DNA from: Gaiellales bacterium
GTDB taxonomy: Bacteria > Actinomycetota > Thermoleophilia > Gaiellales > JAICJC01
Direction of reading: 5' to 3'
Assembly: GCA_035695105.1 (NCBI GenBank)
Contig: DASSEV010000020.1
Coordinates: 73 to 64,072 of the forward strand
DNA: 64,000 bases
Shown piece after piece: positions 17,169 to 24,835 of the stretch (position 1 is its first letter; every line of letters starts with the position of its first letter). The position numbers were made by a program, and so were the translations under genes. A model generated the notes under the pieces. The model was not told where the DNA came from, did not search any database, and saw only the letters and a program-made list of their open reading frames with translations.

Positions 17169-19007
17169 GTGACGAATTCGTCCCAAACGTATCCGCCCCG
17201 GCTGCTCCGGTTCGTCATCGCAATCGTTGCGGTGACGGTGCCGGTGGCGGTCGGGGCGGTCTTGCATATCGTCTCCGAACCCCCCGGCGCAGGCACCGCC
17301 GTCGGCGTGGCGCTGTTCTTCGTCGCCGCGCTCGCCGCGGAGTACAAGCCGGTTCCGCTGGACGAGACGGGCGCTCGCACCGTCTCGCTGGCCTTCGTCT
17401 TCCTGCTCTCGACCCAGTTCCTGTTCGGCTGGGAGTACGCGGTGCTGGCCGCCATCATCAGCATGGCGGTCGTCCAGTCCCACGACCGGGCGCCCCTGCT
17501 GCGGCTGGTGTTCAACGCCTCGTCGTGCGGCCTGTCCGCGTTCGTCTCGGCGGCGCCGGCGTTCCTGCTCGGCTGGACGGTGAGCCCGCACAGCGCCGAG
17601 CGGCTGGCGCTGCTCGTCTTCCTCGGCGGCGCCGCGTACGTGATCACCAACGTGGTCACGGTGGCGATCGCCGTTTCGATGTTCTCGGGCAACTCGCTGC
17701 GCGCCATCCTCGAGGACTACGTCCGCCACTCGGGCCCGGCCTTCGGGATCATGGCGTTCATCGCCGCCCTGGCGACCTCGCTGTGGATGGTCAACCCGCG
17801 GCTCGAGCTGCTGCTGGCCGGTCCGCTGTTCGCCCTGGCGCTCTACCAGCGCTACGCGTACCGCACGGTGATGGCCACGCGCGACGCCGAGACCGACGCG
17901 CTGACGCTGCTCCGCAACCACCGCTCGTTCCAGACCGACCTGCGCGAGGCGCTGGCCATGGGGGCGTCCACCAGGTCGGCGTTGTCGCTCGTGCTGATCG
18001 ACATCGACAACTTCAAGAGCATCAACGACCGGTTCGGCCATCCCGTCGGCGACCAGGTGCTGATGACGCTCGCCGAGCTGATGCGCGAGGAGTACGGCGA
18101 CGGGCAGTCCTACCGGATCGGAGGCGAGGAGTTCGCGCTGCTGCTGCCGGACGACGGGGAGCAGGAGGCGTACACGGCCGTCGAGCGCCTGCATGCGCGG
18201 CTGTGGCAGACCAGCTTCCCGCACGCGGAGCCGGTGACGGTCAGCGCGGGCATCGCGTCGTATCCGACCAGCGCGAGCGACCGGGACCAGCTGTTGCGGG
18301 TGGCCGACGGCGCCCTCTACTGGGCGAAGAACCACGGCAAGAACCGCTCGTGCGTGTACAGCCCGTCGGTCGTCCGCATCTATTCGCCGGAGGAGCTGGC
18401 CGAGACGGCCGAGCGCCACGCCCGCTTGAAGGCGGCCGAGGGCCTGATCCGGGTGGTGGACGCGAAGGACACCTACGCCGGGGCGCACAGCCAGTCCGTG
18501 TCGCGGCTGGTCGAGGGGATCGCCCGCGCGATGGGCCTCGACGAGGAGACGGTGGAGCAGGTGCGCCTGGCCGGGCTGCTGCATGACCTCGGCAAGATCG
18601 CCATCCCCGACCGGATCCTGCAGAAGCCGGACAAGCTCGACCCCGACGAGCTGCGGACGATGCGCGAGCACGCCGAGCTCGGCTACCGGCTGCTCGAGGG
18701 CCTCGGCGTGTCCCCGGTCGACCGGTGGATCCGCCACCACCACGAGTGGTGGGACGGCAGCGGCTACCCGCTGGGACTGGCCGGTGAGGACATCCCGCTC
18801 GGCTCCCGGATCATCCTCGTGGCAGACGCCTTCGACGCGATGACGTCCGACCGGGTGTACCGGGCGGCGGGCACCTCCGCCGACGCGGTTGCCGAGCTCC
18901 GGCGCCGGTGCTGGACGCAGTTCGACGCGCGGGTCGTGTCGGCGCTCGAGAAGTATCTCGCCTCGCTGGGCGAGGAGATCCCCGACCAGCAGTCGGCAAC
19001 CGCCTGA
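17169..19007 (+). CDS. Membrane-bound bifunctional c-di-GMP enzyme: GGDEF diguanylate cyclase + HD-GYP phosphodiesterase
   Basis: About 230 aa of multi-TM N-terminal domain. GGDEF domain with an intact RIGGEEF. HD-GYP domain with HDLGKIAIP and HHEWWDGSGYP. Confidence 0.87.
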   Translation: MTNSSQTYPPRLLRFVIAIVAVTVPVAVGAVLHIVSEPPGAGTAVGVALFFVAALAAEYKPVPLDETGARTVSLAFVFLLSTQFLFGWEYAVLAAIISMAVVQSHDRAPLLRLVFNASSCGLSAFVSAAPAFLLGWTVSPHSAERLALLVFLGGAAYVITNVVTVAIAVSMFSGNSLRAILEDYVRHSGPAFGIMAFIAALATSLWMVNPRLELLLAGPLFALALYQRYAYRTVMATRDAETDALTLLRNHRSFQTDLREALAMGASTRSALSLVLIDIDNFKSINDRFGHPVGDQVLMTLAELMREEYGDGQSYRIGGEEFALLLPDDGEQEAYTAVERLHARLWQTSFPHAEPVTVSAGIASYPTSASDRDQLLRVADGALYWAKNHGKNRSCVYSPSVVRIYSPEELAETAERHARLKAAEGLIRVVDAKDTYAGAHSQSVSRLVEGIARAMGLDEETVEQVRLAGLLHDLGKIAIPDRILQKPDKLDPDELRTMREHAELGYRLLEGLGVSPVDRWIRHHHEWWDGSGYPLGLAGEDIPLGSRIILVADAFDAMTSDRVYRAAGTSADAVAELRRRCWTQFDARVVSALEKYLASLGEEIPDQQSATA

Positions 19008-19585
19008 TGTTCCTGCTGCCGGTGATCGCCCTCGGCGTGGTGGTGGGGCTGGCGCTGGGCGGCCGGCTGGGACGGATCGCGGACATGCGGCTGCGCGCCC
19101 CCTGGCTGTTCTACCTGGCGATCGCGCTGCAGCTGCTGGCGTTTCCGTCGATGTTCATGTCATGGCGCGCGAGCGAGGGCATCGCCACCGCGCTCTCGAT
19201 AGGCTCGTACGCCTGCCTGCTCGCGGTCTTCCTCGCCAACCGGCGGCTGACCGGCATGCCGATCGCGGGCGCCGGGATGATGCTGAACCTGGCCGCGATC
19301 CTCGCCAACGGCGGGCATATGCCGGCGCTGCCGGGCGCGATGCGCGACGCCGGCCTGACATACACCGGGGTGCACAACAACAGCGTCGCCGAGGCGCATC
19401 CGCATCTGTCCTGGTTCGTCGACCGCTGGGCCGCTCCCGATTGGCTTCCGTGGGGCAACGTGTTCTCGGCCGGCGACGTGCTGATCGGCATCGGCGCCGT
19501 CGTGCTGATCGCGTCGGCGATGGGTGCAAGGCTGCCGTTCCGCGGATCGGCGCCTGCGGCAGCGGACGCCGACGGCCCGGCGTAG
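19007..19585 (+). CDS. DUF5317 family membrane protein
   Basis: ATG 19007 overlaps the upstream TGA by 1 nt (TGATG). Four-to-five TM profile with ILANGGHMP and FSAGDVLIGIG motifs typical of DUF5317. Confidence 0.7.
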   Translation: MFLLPVIALGVVVGLALGGRLGRIADMRLRAPWLFYLAIALQLLAFPSMFMSWRASEGIATALSIGSYACLLAVFLANRRLTGMPIAGAGMMLNLAAILANGGHMPALPGAMRDAGLTYTGVHNNSVAEAHPHLSWFVDRWAAPDWLPWGNVFSAGDVLIGIGAVVLIASAMGARLPFRGSAPAAADADGPA

Positions 19586-19635
19586 ACGCCGCCACACGCG
19601 TCGGCGGCCGTGATGCTTCCGTAACAGCCGCGTAT

Positions 19636-19861
19636 GTCACGGTCGCCGCTCGAAACCGTCACGGCCCCCGCGACGGTGTCCAACTCCTGTCGAGTGGGCG
19701 TGACCGTTCTGTGAGCTTCTCGTGACACCTCGGCGGCCAGGCTAGGCGAACCCGGGCGGCAACCCAACTATTGGAGACCAACACCGGTCGGGTGGATGTG
19801 ACCGTGGCGTTGCTGAGTCGTGACGGTTCTCACCGGCGCGGAGGTGTCACTGAGTCGTCAC
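19636..19861. repeat. Array of eight GTSAC (GTCAC/GTGAC) cores in a convergent intergenic spacer
   Basis: Cores start at 19636, 19658, 19700, 19722, 19798, 19820, 19846 and 19857. Same-orientation pairs are spaced 22, 22, 22 and 11 bp. Longer repeats are GTGAC(C/G)GTTCT (19700, 19820) and TGAGTCGT(G/C)AC (19814, 19851). Confidence 0.5.
19820..19833. promoter_or_regulatory. CRP/FNR-like palindrome GTGA-N6-TCAC
   Basis: GTGACGGTTCTCAC has the conserved half-site cores of the TGTGA-N6-TCACA type. Only the cores match, and the position (3' of both flanking genes) is atypical. Confidence 0.2.
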
Positions 19862-19871
19862 GCGCCGGTGT

Positions 19872-22307
19872 TCAGCCCGGCGGCTTGACGGGCGGTGCCG
19901 AGTTGAAGTCGAAGTAGCGCTCGTGCATGAAGTGCGCCGCCGTGACCATCCACAGGCGCTGCACGAGGTGCGTCCGCCGGTCGACGATGATCCGGAAGAA
20001 CGTCGGCCCCTCGGGCACCGCCAGCGTCGCATCGATCGACCGCGCGTTGGCTGCCCGCACATAGGCGGCGACCGCGCCCTGCGCCCAGAAGGGGTCTGGC
20101 ACGCGCACCGGCTCGGTCGATCGCTTGATCCAGCTCCCGTTCTGGAGATCCCACCGGTCGCGCCCGATGATCCGCGACTGGATGCCTCCGAGCACGTCGA
20201 TCAGCAGCCGGTCGGGCGCCTGCACCGTGAAGTGCGTGGCGACCGAGTGCACCGGATCCGAGGCGATCACGTTCTGGATGCGCACGCTGTTGAGGCGTCG
20301 TAGCGCCGTTGCCGTCTGGCGAACCAGCGCCGACGCCCGGGGGGCGTCGGCCGCCGGCAGGTCGAGCGTCCCCGAAACCGCCGGCCGTCCGGGCCGCAGG
20401 ACCCGCACCGGCATCGGCCCAGCCGACGGCGAGGCGGGCGCCTCCCAGCAGACATCGACCGCCTGCCGGCACGGCGTCGCGACCGTTCCGCCCACGAGGA
20501 TCGCCAGCATTCGCGGCGCCGAGCCGTCCGCGCCGAGCACGGTGAAGCGAACCCGCCGGCGGCCCTCGCGCTGCGCTGCGACGGCGAGGTCGCCAGCCTC
20601 GGCCGCAGCCACCGCTCCCGCCTGCGCCGGCATCGGGGGCACGCCCGGAGCCCGCTTCGGACCTCCGATCCGCAGGGTCGCTCCCCACGTCCTCGCGCCC
20701 GATGCGATCTGTGCCGTCAGCGCGCCGGGCTGCACACCCTGCACCCAGGCCAGCCACGCGTGCGGCCCGGCCCGCACCAGCCGCACCGGCTGGGCCCCGC
20801 CGTTCTGGCGCTGCAGCACCAGGGTCGGTTGCGTGGCGCCCTTCGGCAACGAGACGCCGACGGCGTTGGTGCCCGCCGTACCCGGCCACACCGAGACCGT
20901 CGCCCCCGGACGTGCGCGCACGACCGCGGGGCCACCTGCGGGCGGCGGCGCGGCGGCGCTCGCGGCAGACGGCCGGCTGCCGGGCGGCAGGTTCGTGAGC
21001 AGCGCGACGGCGGCCACCACCGCCGTCAGCACGACCAGCTCGCCGGCGATCGACCTTCGCAGCAGCGAGAACCGCCGGAACAGCAGCCGGCTGCGCGACG
21101 CCAGCATCAGCGTCACGGCGAACAGCACCGTCTTCACGATCAGCGTCCGGCCGTACGACGTCGTCCAGATCTGGGAGACGCTGGAGAGCTCCCACAGCGC
21201 GCGGACGGCGCCGCTGATCGCCAGCGCGCCCACCGACACCACCGCGATCCGCGAGAAGCGGCCGGCGATGTCGGCTCGCACCGCATCGCGCTCGGGCTCG
21301 GGAAGGCCGCGCGTCGCGTGCGGGGTGACGACGAGCAGCTGGAGCAGCCCGCCGATCCAGACCGCGGCGGCGGCCACGTGGATCGTGTCCACGATGATCG
21401 CCAACGTTCCCCGCCCCGGATCGCCGGCGTGCCCGCTGATCCCGGGCGCGGCCAGCGCCCAGACGCCCGCGGCCGCGGCCGGCACCGCCAGCAGCGCGGT
21501 CAGCCGCCTGCCATAGGGTACCGCGGCGTAGGCCAGCGCCACCAGGATCGTGAAGACGGCCGTCACGTCGATGCCGCGGCCGAACTGCCGCCCGAAGCGC
21601 GTCGCGTTCAGCGCCGAGGCCACCGGCCCGCGGTGGTCGAACGCCTCCCAGAAGGTCACGCCCGCCACCTCGGATCCCTGCCTGGTCAGCGCGATCCATC
21701 CACCCGCCAGCACGAGCACCGCCGACAGCGCGAGCACCTGGTTCGCGCGGTGCCGTTCGCGGAGGGACATCAGCCGTCCGCGCTCGCCTCCCACCGCTCT
21801 CGCCGCCGGGGCGTACACCGCGACCCGGTAGACCACCCCGCCCACCAGCAGCAGCAGGCCGGCGAAGTACACGAACCGCGCGCTCAGGAACGGCCAGTCG
21901 AGCGGCGTGCTCTGGGACGCGGCCTGCGGCGGCGGTCCGCCGCTGCCGACGCCGATCGCATAGACGCCCGCGATCAGATGCCCGTCCGTCGAGACGATCG
22001 ACCAGTGCACGGTGTAGTCACCGCGCGGCAGGTTGGGCTTCAGCGGGATCACCAGTTGCTTGACGTTTCGAGGAGCGTTCCGCGGCGAGCCGGCCATCAC
22101 CGACGTGCCGGCGTCGTTGACGACGTCGGTCCCCCCGGAGACCGGCCGCACCTGCTGGTCGAAGGTCAGCACGAGCTGCCGCGGCGCGGTCGCCACGCGG
22201 GTGCCGGACGCCGGAGTCGTCGAGAGCAGCGTGGCGTGCGCGAGCGCCGACGCCGGCCACACCAGCGGCGCGCAGAGCGCCGCGGCGATCAGTGCCGCCC
22301 GCCTCAG
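19872..22307 (-). CDS. CopC-CopD fusion copper transport protein (YcnJ-like) with a long C-terminal extension
   Basis: Signal peptide RRAALIAAALCAPLVWPASALA|HATLLSTTPA. CopC motif YTVHWSIVSTDGH, then a multi-TM CopD region, then ~370 aa of extra soluble sequence. The start is uncertain: only a CTG (22307, overlapping the ycnI TGA) precedes the signal peptide. Confidence 0.78.
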   Translation of the reverse strand: MRRAALIAAALCAPLVWPASALAHATLLSTTPASGTRVATAPRQLVLTFDQQVRPVSGGTDVVNDAGTSVMAGSPRNAPRNVKQLVIPLKPNLPRGDYTVHWSIVSTDGHLIAGVYAIGVGSGGPPPQAASQSTPLDWPFLSARFVYFAGLLLLVGGVVYRVAVYAPAARAVGGERGRLMSLRERHRANQVLALSAVLVLAGGWIALTRQGSEVAGVTFWEAFDHRGPVASALNATRFGRQFGRGIDVTAVFTILVALAYAAVPYGRRLTALLAVPAAAAGVWALAAPGISGHAGDPGRGTLAIIVDTIHVAAAAVWIGGLLQLLVVTPHATRGLPEPERDAVRADIAGRFSRIAVVSVGALAISGAVRALWELSSVSQIWTTSYGRTLIVKTVLFAVTLMLASRSRLLFRRFSLLRRSIAGELVVLTAVVAAVALLTNLPPGSRPSAASAAAPPPAGGPAVVRARPGATVSVWPGTAGTNAVGVSLPKGATQPTLVLQRQNGGAQPVRLVRAGPHAWLAWVQGVQPGALTAQIASGARTWGATLRIGGPKRAPGVPPMPAQAGAVAAAEAGDLAVAAQREGRRRVRFTVLGADGSAPRMLAILVGGTVATPCRQAVDVCWEAPASPSAGPMPVRVLRPGRPAVSGTLDLPAADAPRASALVRQTATALRRLNSVRIQNVIASDPVHSVATHFTVQAPDRLLIDVLGGIQSRIIGRDRWDLQNGSWIKRSTEPVRVPDPFWAQGAVAAYVRAANARSIDATLAVPEGPTFFRIIVDRRTHLVQRLWMVTAAHFMHERYFDFNSAPPVKPPG

Positions 22308-22840
22308 GCCGCCCGCCTCCGCTGCGCCCGCAGCGCGAGCACCAGGGCAACCGCACCGAGGGCGACGCCGGCGCCTGCCAGCACACGCGCCGCGGTGTCG
22401 CTGTCGTTGGACGCCGACTCCACGTCCACCACGGGGGAGTGCCACAGCCTCGTCGACCCATCGGCGAACGTCTGCAGCGCGGTCAGGCGCACCTCGCCCG
22501 TCGAGTCGGGCACCGTGCCTGCGAACTGGAACAGTGCGAGCCCGCCCGGCGGCACGTTGCCGCCCTGCCATGACAGCGAGACGACACGACCCGCCTGGTC
22601 GCGCACGACCTGCGTGCGGAATCCGGGCGTGTTCGCGGCGCCCTCGATCACCAGGCTGGACGGCACGGTCAGCCGCACACCGGTCAGGTGCTGGGTGGTG
22701 GACTCGTTCGGCGACTTGACAGTGAACAGCACGTCGGAGCCCGGTGCCGCCGTGTCCGGCGTGAGCTCGACGTGTGCTGAGGCGCTCGACGGAAGCGCGA
22801 GCGCCAGGATGGCGGCGACGCTGATGGCGCGTCGGACCAT
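22304..22840 (-). CDS. ycnI: YcnI / DUF1775 copper-binding protein, C-terminally membrane anchored
   Basis: GGAGG RBS 5 nt upstream of ATG 22840. Signal peptide ...LPSSASA|HVELTPD places a His at the mature N-terminus, as in YcnI. C-terminal TM plus RAQRRR. Confidence 0.8.
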   Translation of the reverse strand: MVRRAISVAAILALALPSSASAHVELTPDTAAPGSDVLFTVKSPNESTTQHLTGVRLTVPSSLVIEGAANTPGFRTQVVRDQAGRVVSLSWQGGNVPPGGLALFQFAGTVPDSTGEVRLTALQTFADGSTRLWHSPVVDVESASNDSDTAARVLAGAGVALGAVALVLALRAQRRRAA

Positions 22841-22869
22841 GGCGACCTCCTAACCGTGGTAAAGACGGG

Positions 22870-23373
22870 TCAGGCGGTCAGCGGCGGCGCTCGGCCGCGC
22901 GCCGTGGCGCACGCGGTGCCCGATGGGACGTCGATGGCCGTCGGACGCTGCGGCGCCGTCGGGCGCGGCCGCACCGTTCCGGCGAGGGCCCGGGCGGCGG
23001 TGGCGACGGTGTGCCGGTCGATGCGGTGCACGAGCCAGGCGGCCACCACCGCCAGGGACAGGTGCAGGGCCAGGGATCCGTTCGCTCCGCCGTGCGCGGC
23101 CGTGCCGGCCGCGAGCAGCGCGAGATGTGCGGCGCCCTGGGCCACCAGCATCGCTGGGATCAGTGCAGCGAGCGAGGCCTCGGACGCATGCTCTCCGCGT
23201 GCGGCCACCAGCCGCCAGCCGGCGAGCAGGACTGCGGTCGCGACGGCGGAGCCGGCCAGCGCGGGAAGCGCCCACGCCGGGTCGCTCAGCGCGGAGACGC
23301 CGCCGTGGGCCACCGCCGCCGACGTCGCGGCCAGGCCCGCGAAGCTGAGCGCGCGAAGGCGGCTGGCGACCAT
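22870..23373 (-). CDS. Hypothetical His-containing membrane protein
   Basis: Track ORF 22870..24693 trimmed to ATG 23373. 167 aa with 3-4 hydrophobic helices containing several His (AVAHGG, AAHLALL, TAAHGG, LALHLSL, WLVHRIDRH). No family recognised. Confidence 0.45.
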   Translation of the reverse strand: MVASRLRALSFAGLAATSAAVAHGGVSALSDPAWALPALAGSAVATAVLLAGWRLVAARGEHASEASLAALIPAMLVAQGAAHLALLAAGTAAHGGANGSLALHLSLAVVAAWLVHRIDRHTVATAARALAGTVRPRPTAPQRPTAIDVPSGTACATARGRAPPLTA

Positions 23374-23417
23374 ACCTGCAGTATGGCACCCGGCCGCCGC
23401 CCGGCTCGTCGTCCCCG

Positions 23418-24809
23418 CTACGCGACCAGATCGAGCGGAGTGAACGAGCCCGCGCCCGGGATCACGTCCATCGGGTCCGTGCCCATCCAGTTCGCGAGCA
23501 GCGCGGTGTAGATCTGCCGGTAGTCGGTCGGCACCTTGAGGTTGCCCCACTGGTCGAGATCGCTGTCTGCGATCCCGGGAAACTCGCCGGCGAGCCCGGC
23601 CTTGGCGTGGGTGCCCACGACCAGTGCCAGCCCACCCGCCCCGTGGTCGGTGCCGCCGCCACCGGAGCTGTTGTCCTCGACGCGCCGCCCGAACTCGCTC
23701 CACACCAGGGTCAGCACGCGGTCGGCGAGACCGCGCGCCTCGAGATCGGCCTGGAAGGCCGCCAGCGTCGTCGACAGGCGCGTGAGGTTCTGTGCCTGGC
23801 GGTCCACCTGGTCGTCGTGGAAGTCCCAGCCATCGTCGAAGGACAGGCAGGCGACCCGCATGCCCAGGTTCGAGTCGAGCATCCAGGCCAGGTTGGCCAT
23901 CCGCCGGTCGAAGTCGGTGGCCCCGTAGCCGAGGCCGGTGGGGGGCAGCGAGGGCTGCGTCAGCGCGGCCAGCCGGTTCGCCACGTTCACCGCGCCGCCG
24001 ATCGATTCGTCCGCGGCGGACATGGCCACGTTCGACGCCGTCCGCTGCGTCAGGCCGGACAACGCGCTCACCATCAGCTGCGGATCCTGCCAGACGGTAT
24101 CCATCGTGAACTTCGCGTCGTCGACGCTCGAGAGCACCGCCACCGGGTTCTGGGCGCTCTTCAGCGAGCCATCCAGCGACCAGCCGGCCGACACTGCCTG
24201 CAGCGGGTTGTCCGCCGCCCCGTTCTGATCGACCCAGCGTCCCAGCCATCCGGTCGCGGGGTCCGGGTCGAGCTCGCCGGCCTGCCAGAACGCCCGGGAG
24301 TGGAAGTGCGACAGGTCGGGCGGCATGTAGTCGACGGCCGGGATGACGGCCATCTTGCCGGCGTCGTACAGCTGCTGGAACCCGGTCGCCGCGGGATTCC
24401 AGGCCCAGTCCGGCGTGGCGGCGGGGCCGGCCAGGGGCAGGCAGCTCTGCGGCTGCAGCCCGATGTTCGGCCGCTTGGCCGCATACGCGGCAGCATCGCT
24501 GCCCGTGACCGGCACGAGCGTGTTCAGTCCGTCGTTGCCGCCGTCGAGGAAGATCGACACGACGATCGGATCGGTGGCGGGCGTCGCAGCCTGGGCCGAC
24601 GCCGCCTCCCAGATCCGGTTCCACGAGACCATCTGGGCGCCGTAGACCGTCAGGAACGCGATCGCGCCGTTGCGGAGGAAGTCGCGGCGGCACATGCCCG
24701 CGCTCTCGCCCTCGAGGACGGCGCGCGGGATGGGCACGACCTGGCCCTGCCGGCGCAGGAGCGCCCGACGCTGGGTGACCTGCCAGTCATTGCATCCGCA
24801 GTGGTTCAT
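23418..24809 (-). CDS. DUF1501 family protein (sulfatase/alkaline-phosphatase-like, Tat-exported)
   Basis: Track ORF 23418..26837 trimmed to ATG 24809 (MNHCGCNDW...). Tat-like RRDFLRNGAIAF. Motifs FLDGGNDGLNTLVP and GGGTDHGAGG. An alternative ATG lies at 24695. Confidence 0.85.
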   Translation of the reverse strand: MNHCGCNDWQVTQRRALLRRQGQVVPIPRAVLEGESAGMCRRDFLRNGAIAFLTVYGAQMVSWNRIWEAASAQAATPATDPIVVSIFLDGGNDGLNTLVPVTGSDAAAYAAKRPNIGLQPQSCLPLAGPAATPDWAWNPAATGFQQLYDAGKMAVIPAVDYMPPDLSHFHSRAFWQAGELDPDPATGWLGRWVDQNGAADNPLQAVSAGWSLDGSLKSAQNPVAVLSSVDDAKFTMDTVWQDPQLMVSALSGLTQRTASNVAMSAADESIGGAVNVANRLAALTQPSLPPTGLGYGATDFDRRMANLAWMLDSNLGMRVACLSFDDGWDFHDDQVDRQAQNLTRLSTTLAAFQADLEARGLADRVLTLVWSEFGRRVEDNSSGGGGTDHGAGGLALVVGTHAKAGLAGEFPGIADSDLDQWGNLKVPTDYRQIYTALLANWMGTDPMDVIPGAGSFTPLDLVA

Positions 24810-24835
24810 GTCGGTTCGCTCCCGGAGTCCCGTGG

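Noticed and set aside
17007-18743. 578-aa minus-strand ORF antisense to the GGDEF/HD-GYP gene.
   Set aside because: No recognisable domains, and Arg/Gly/Asp/His-rich. The sense frame contains complete GGDEF and HD-GYP signatures.
19814-19861. ZTP (pfl) riboswitch-like string GUCGUGAC ... CACCGGCGCGGAGG.
   Set aside because: Only the 8-mer and a loose ACCGG match. There is no CCGCCUGGGC 3' sub-domain. No gene lies downstream on either strand that it could control, because both neighbours end here.
19858-22853. 613-aa minus-frame and 697-aa plus-frame ORFs overlapping copCD and ycnI.
   Set aside because: Shadow frames of a gene with unambiguous CopC/CopD motifs and TM helices. The translations are poly-Arg/Gly/Ala.
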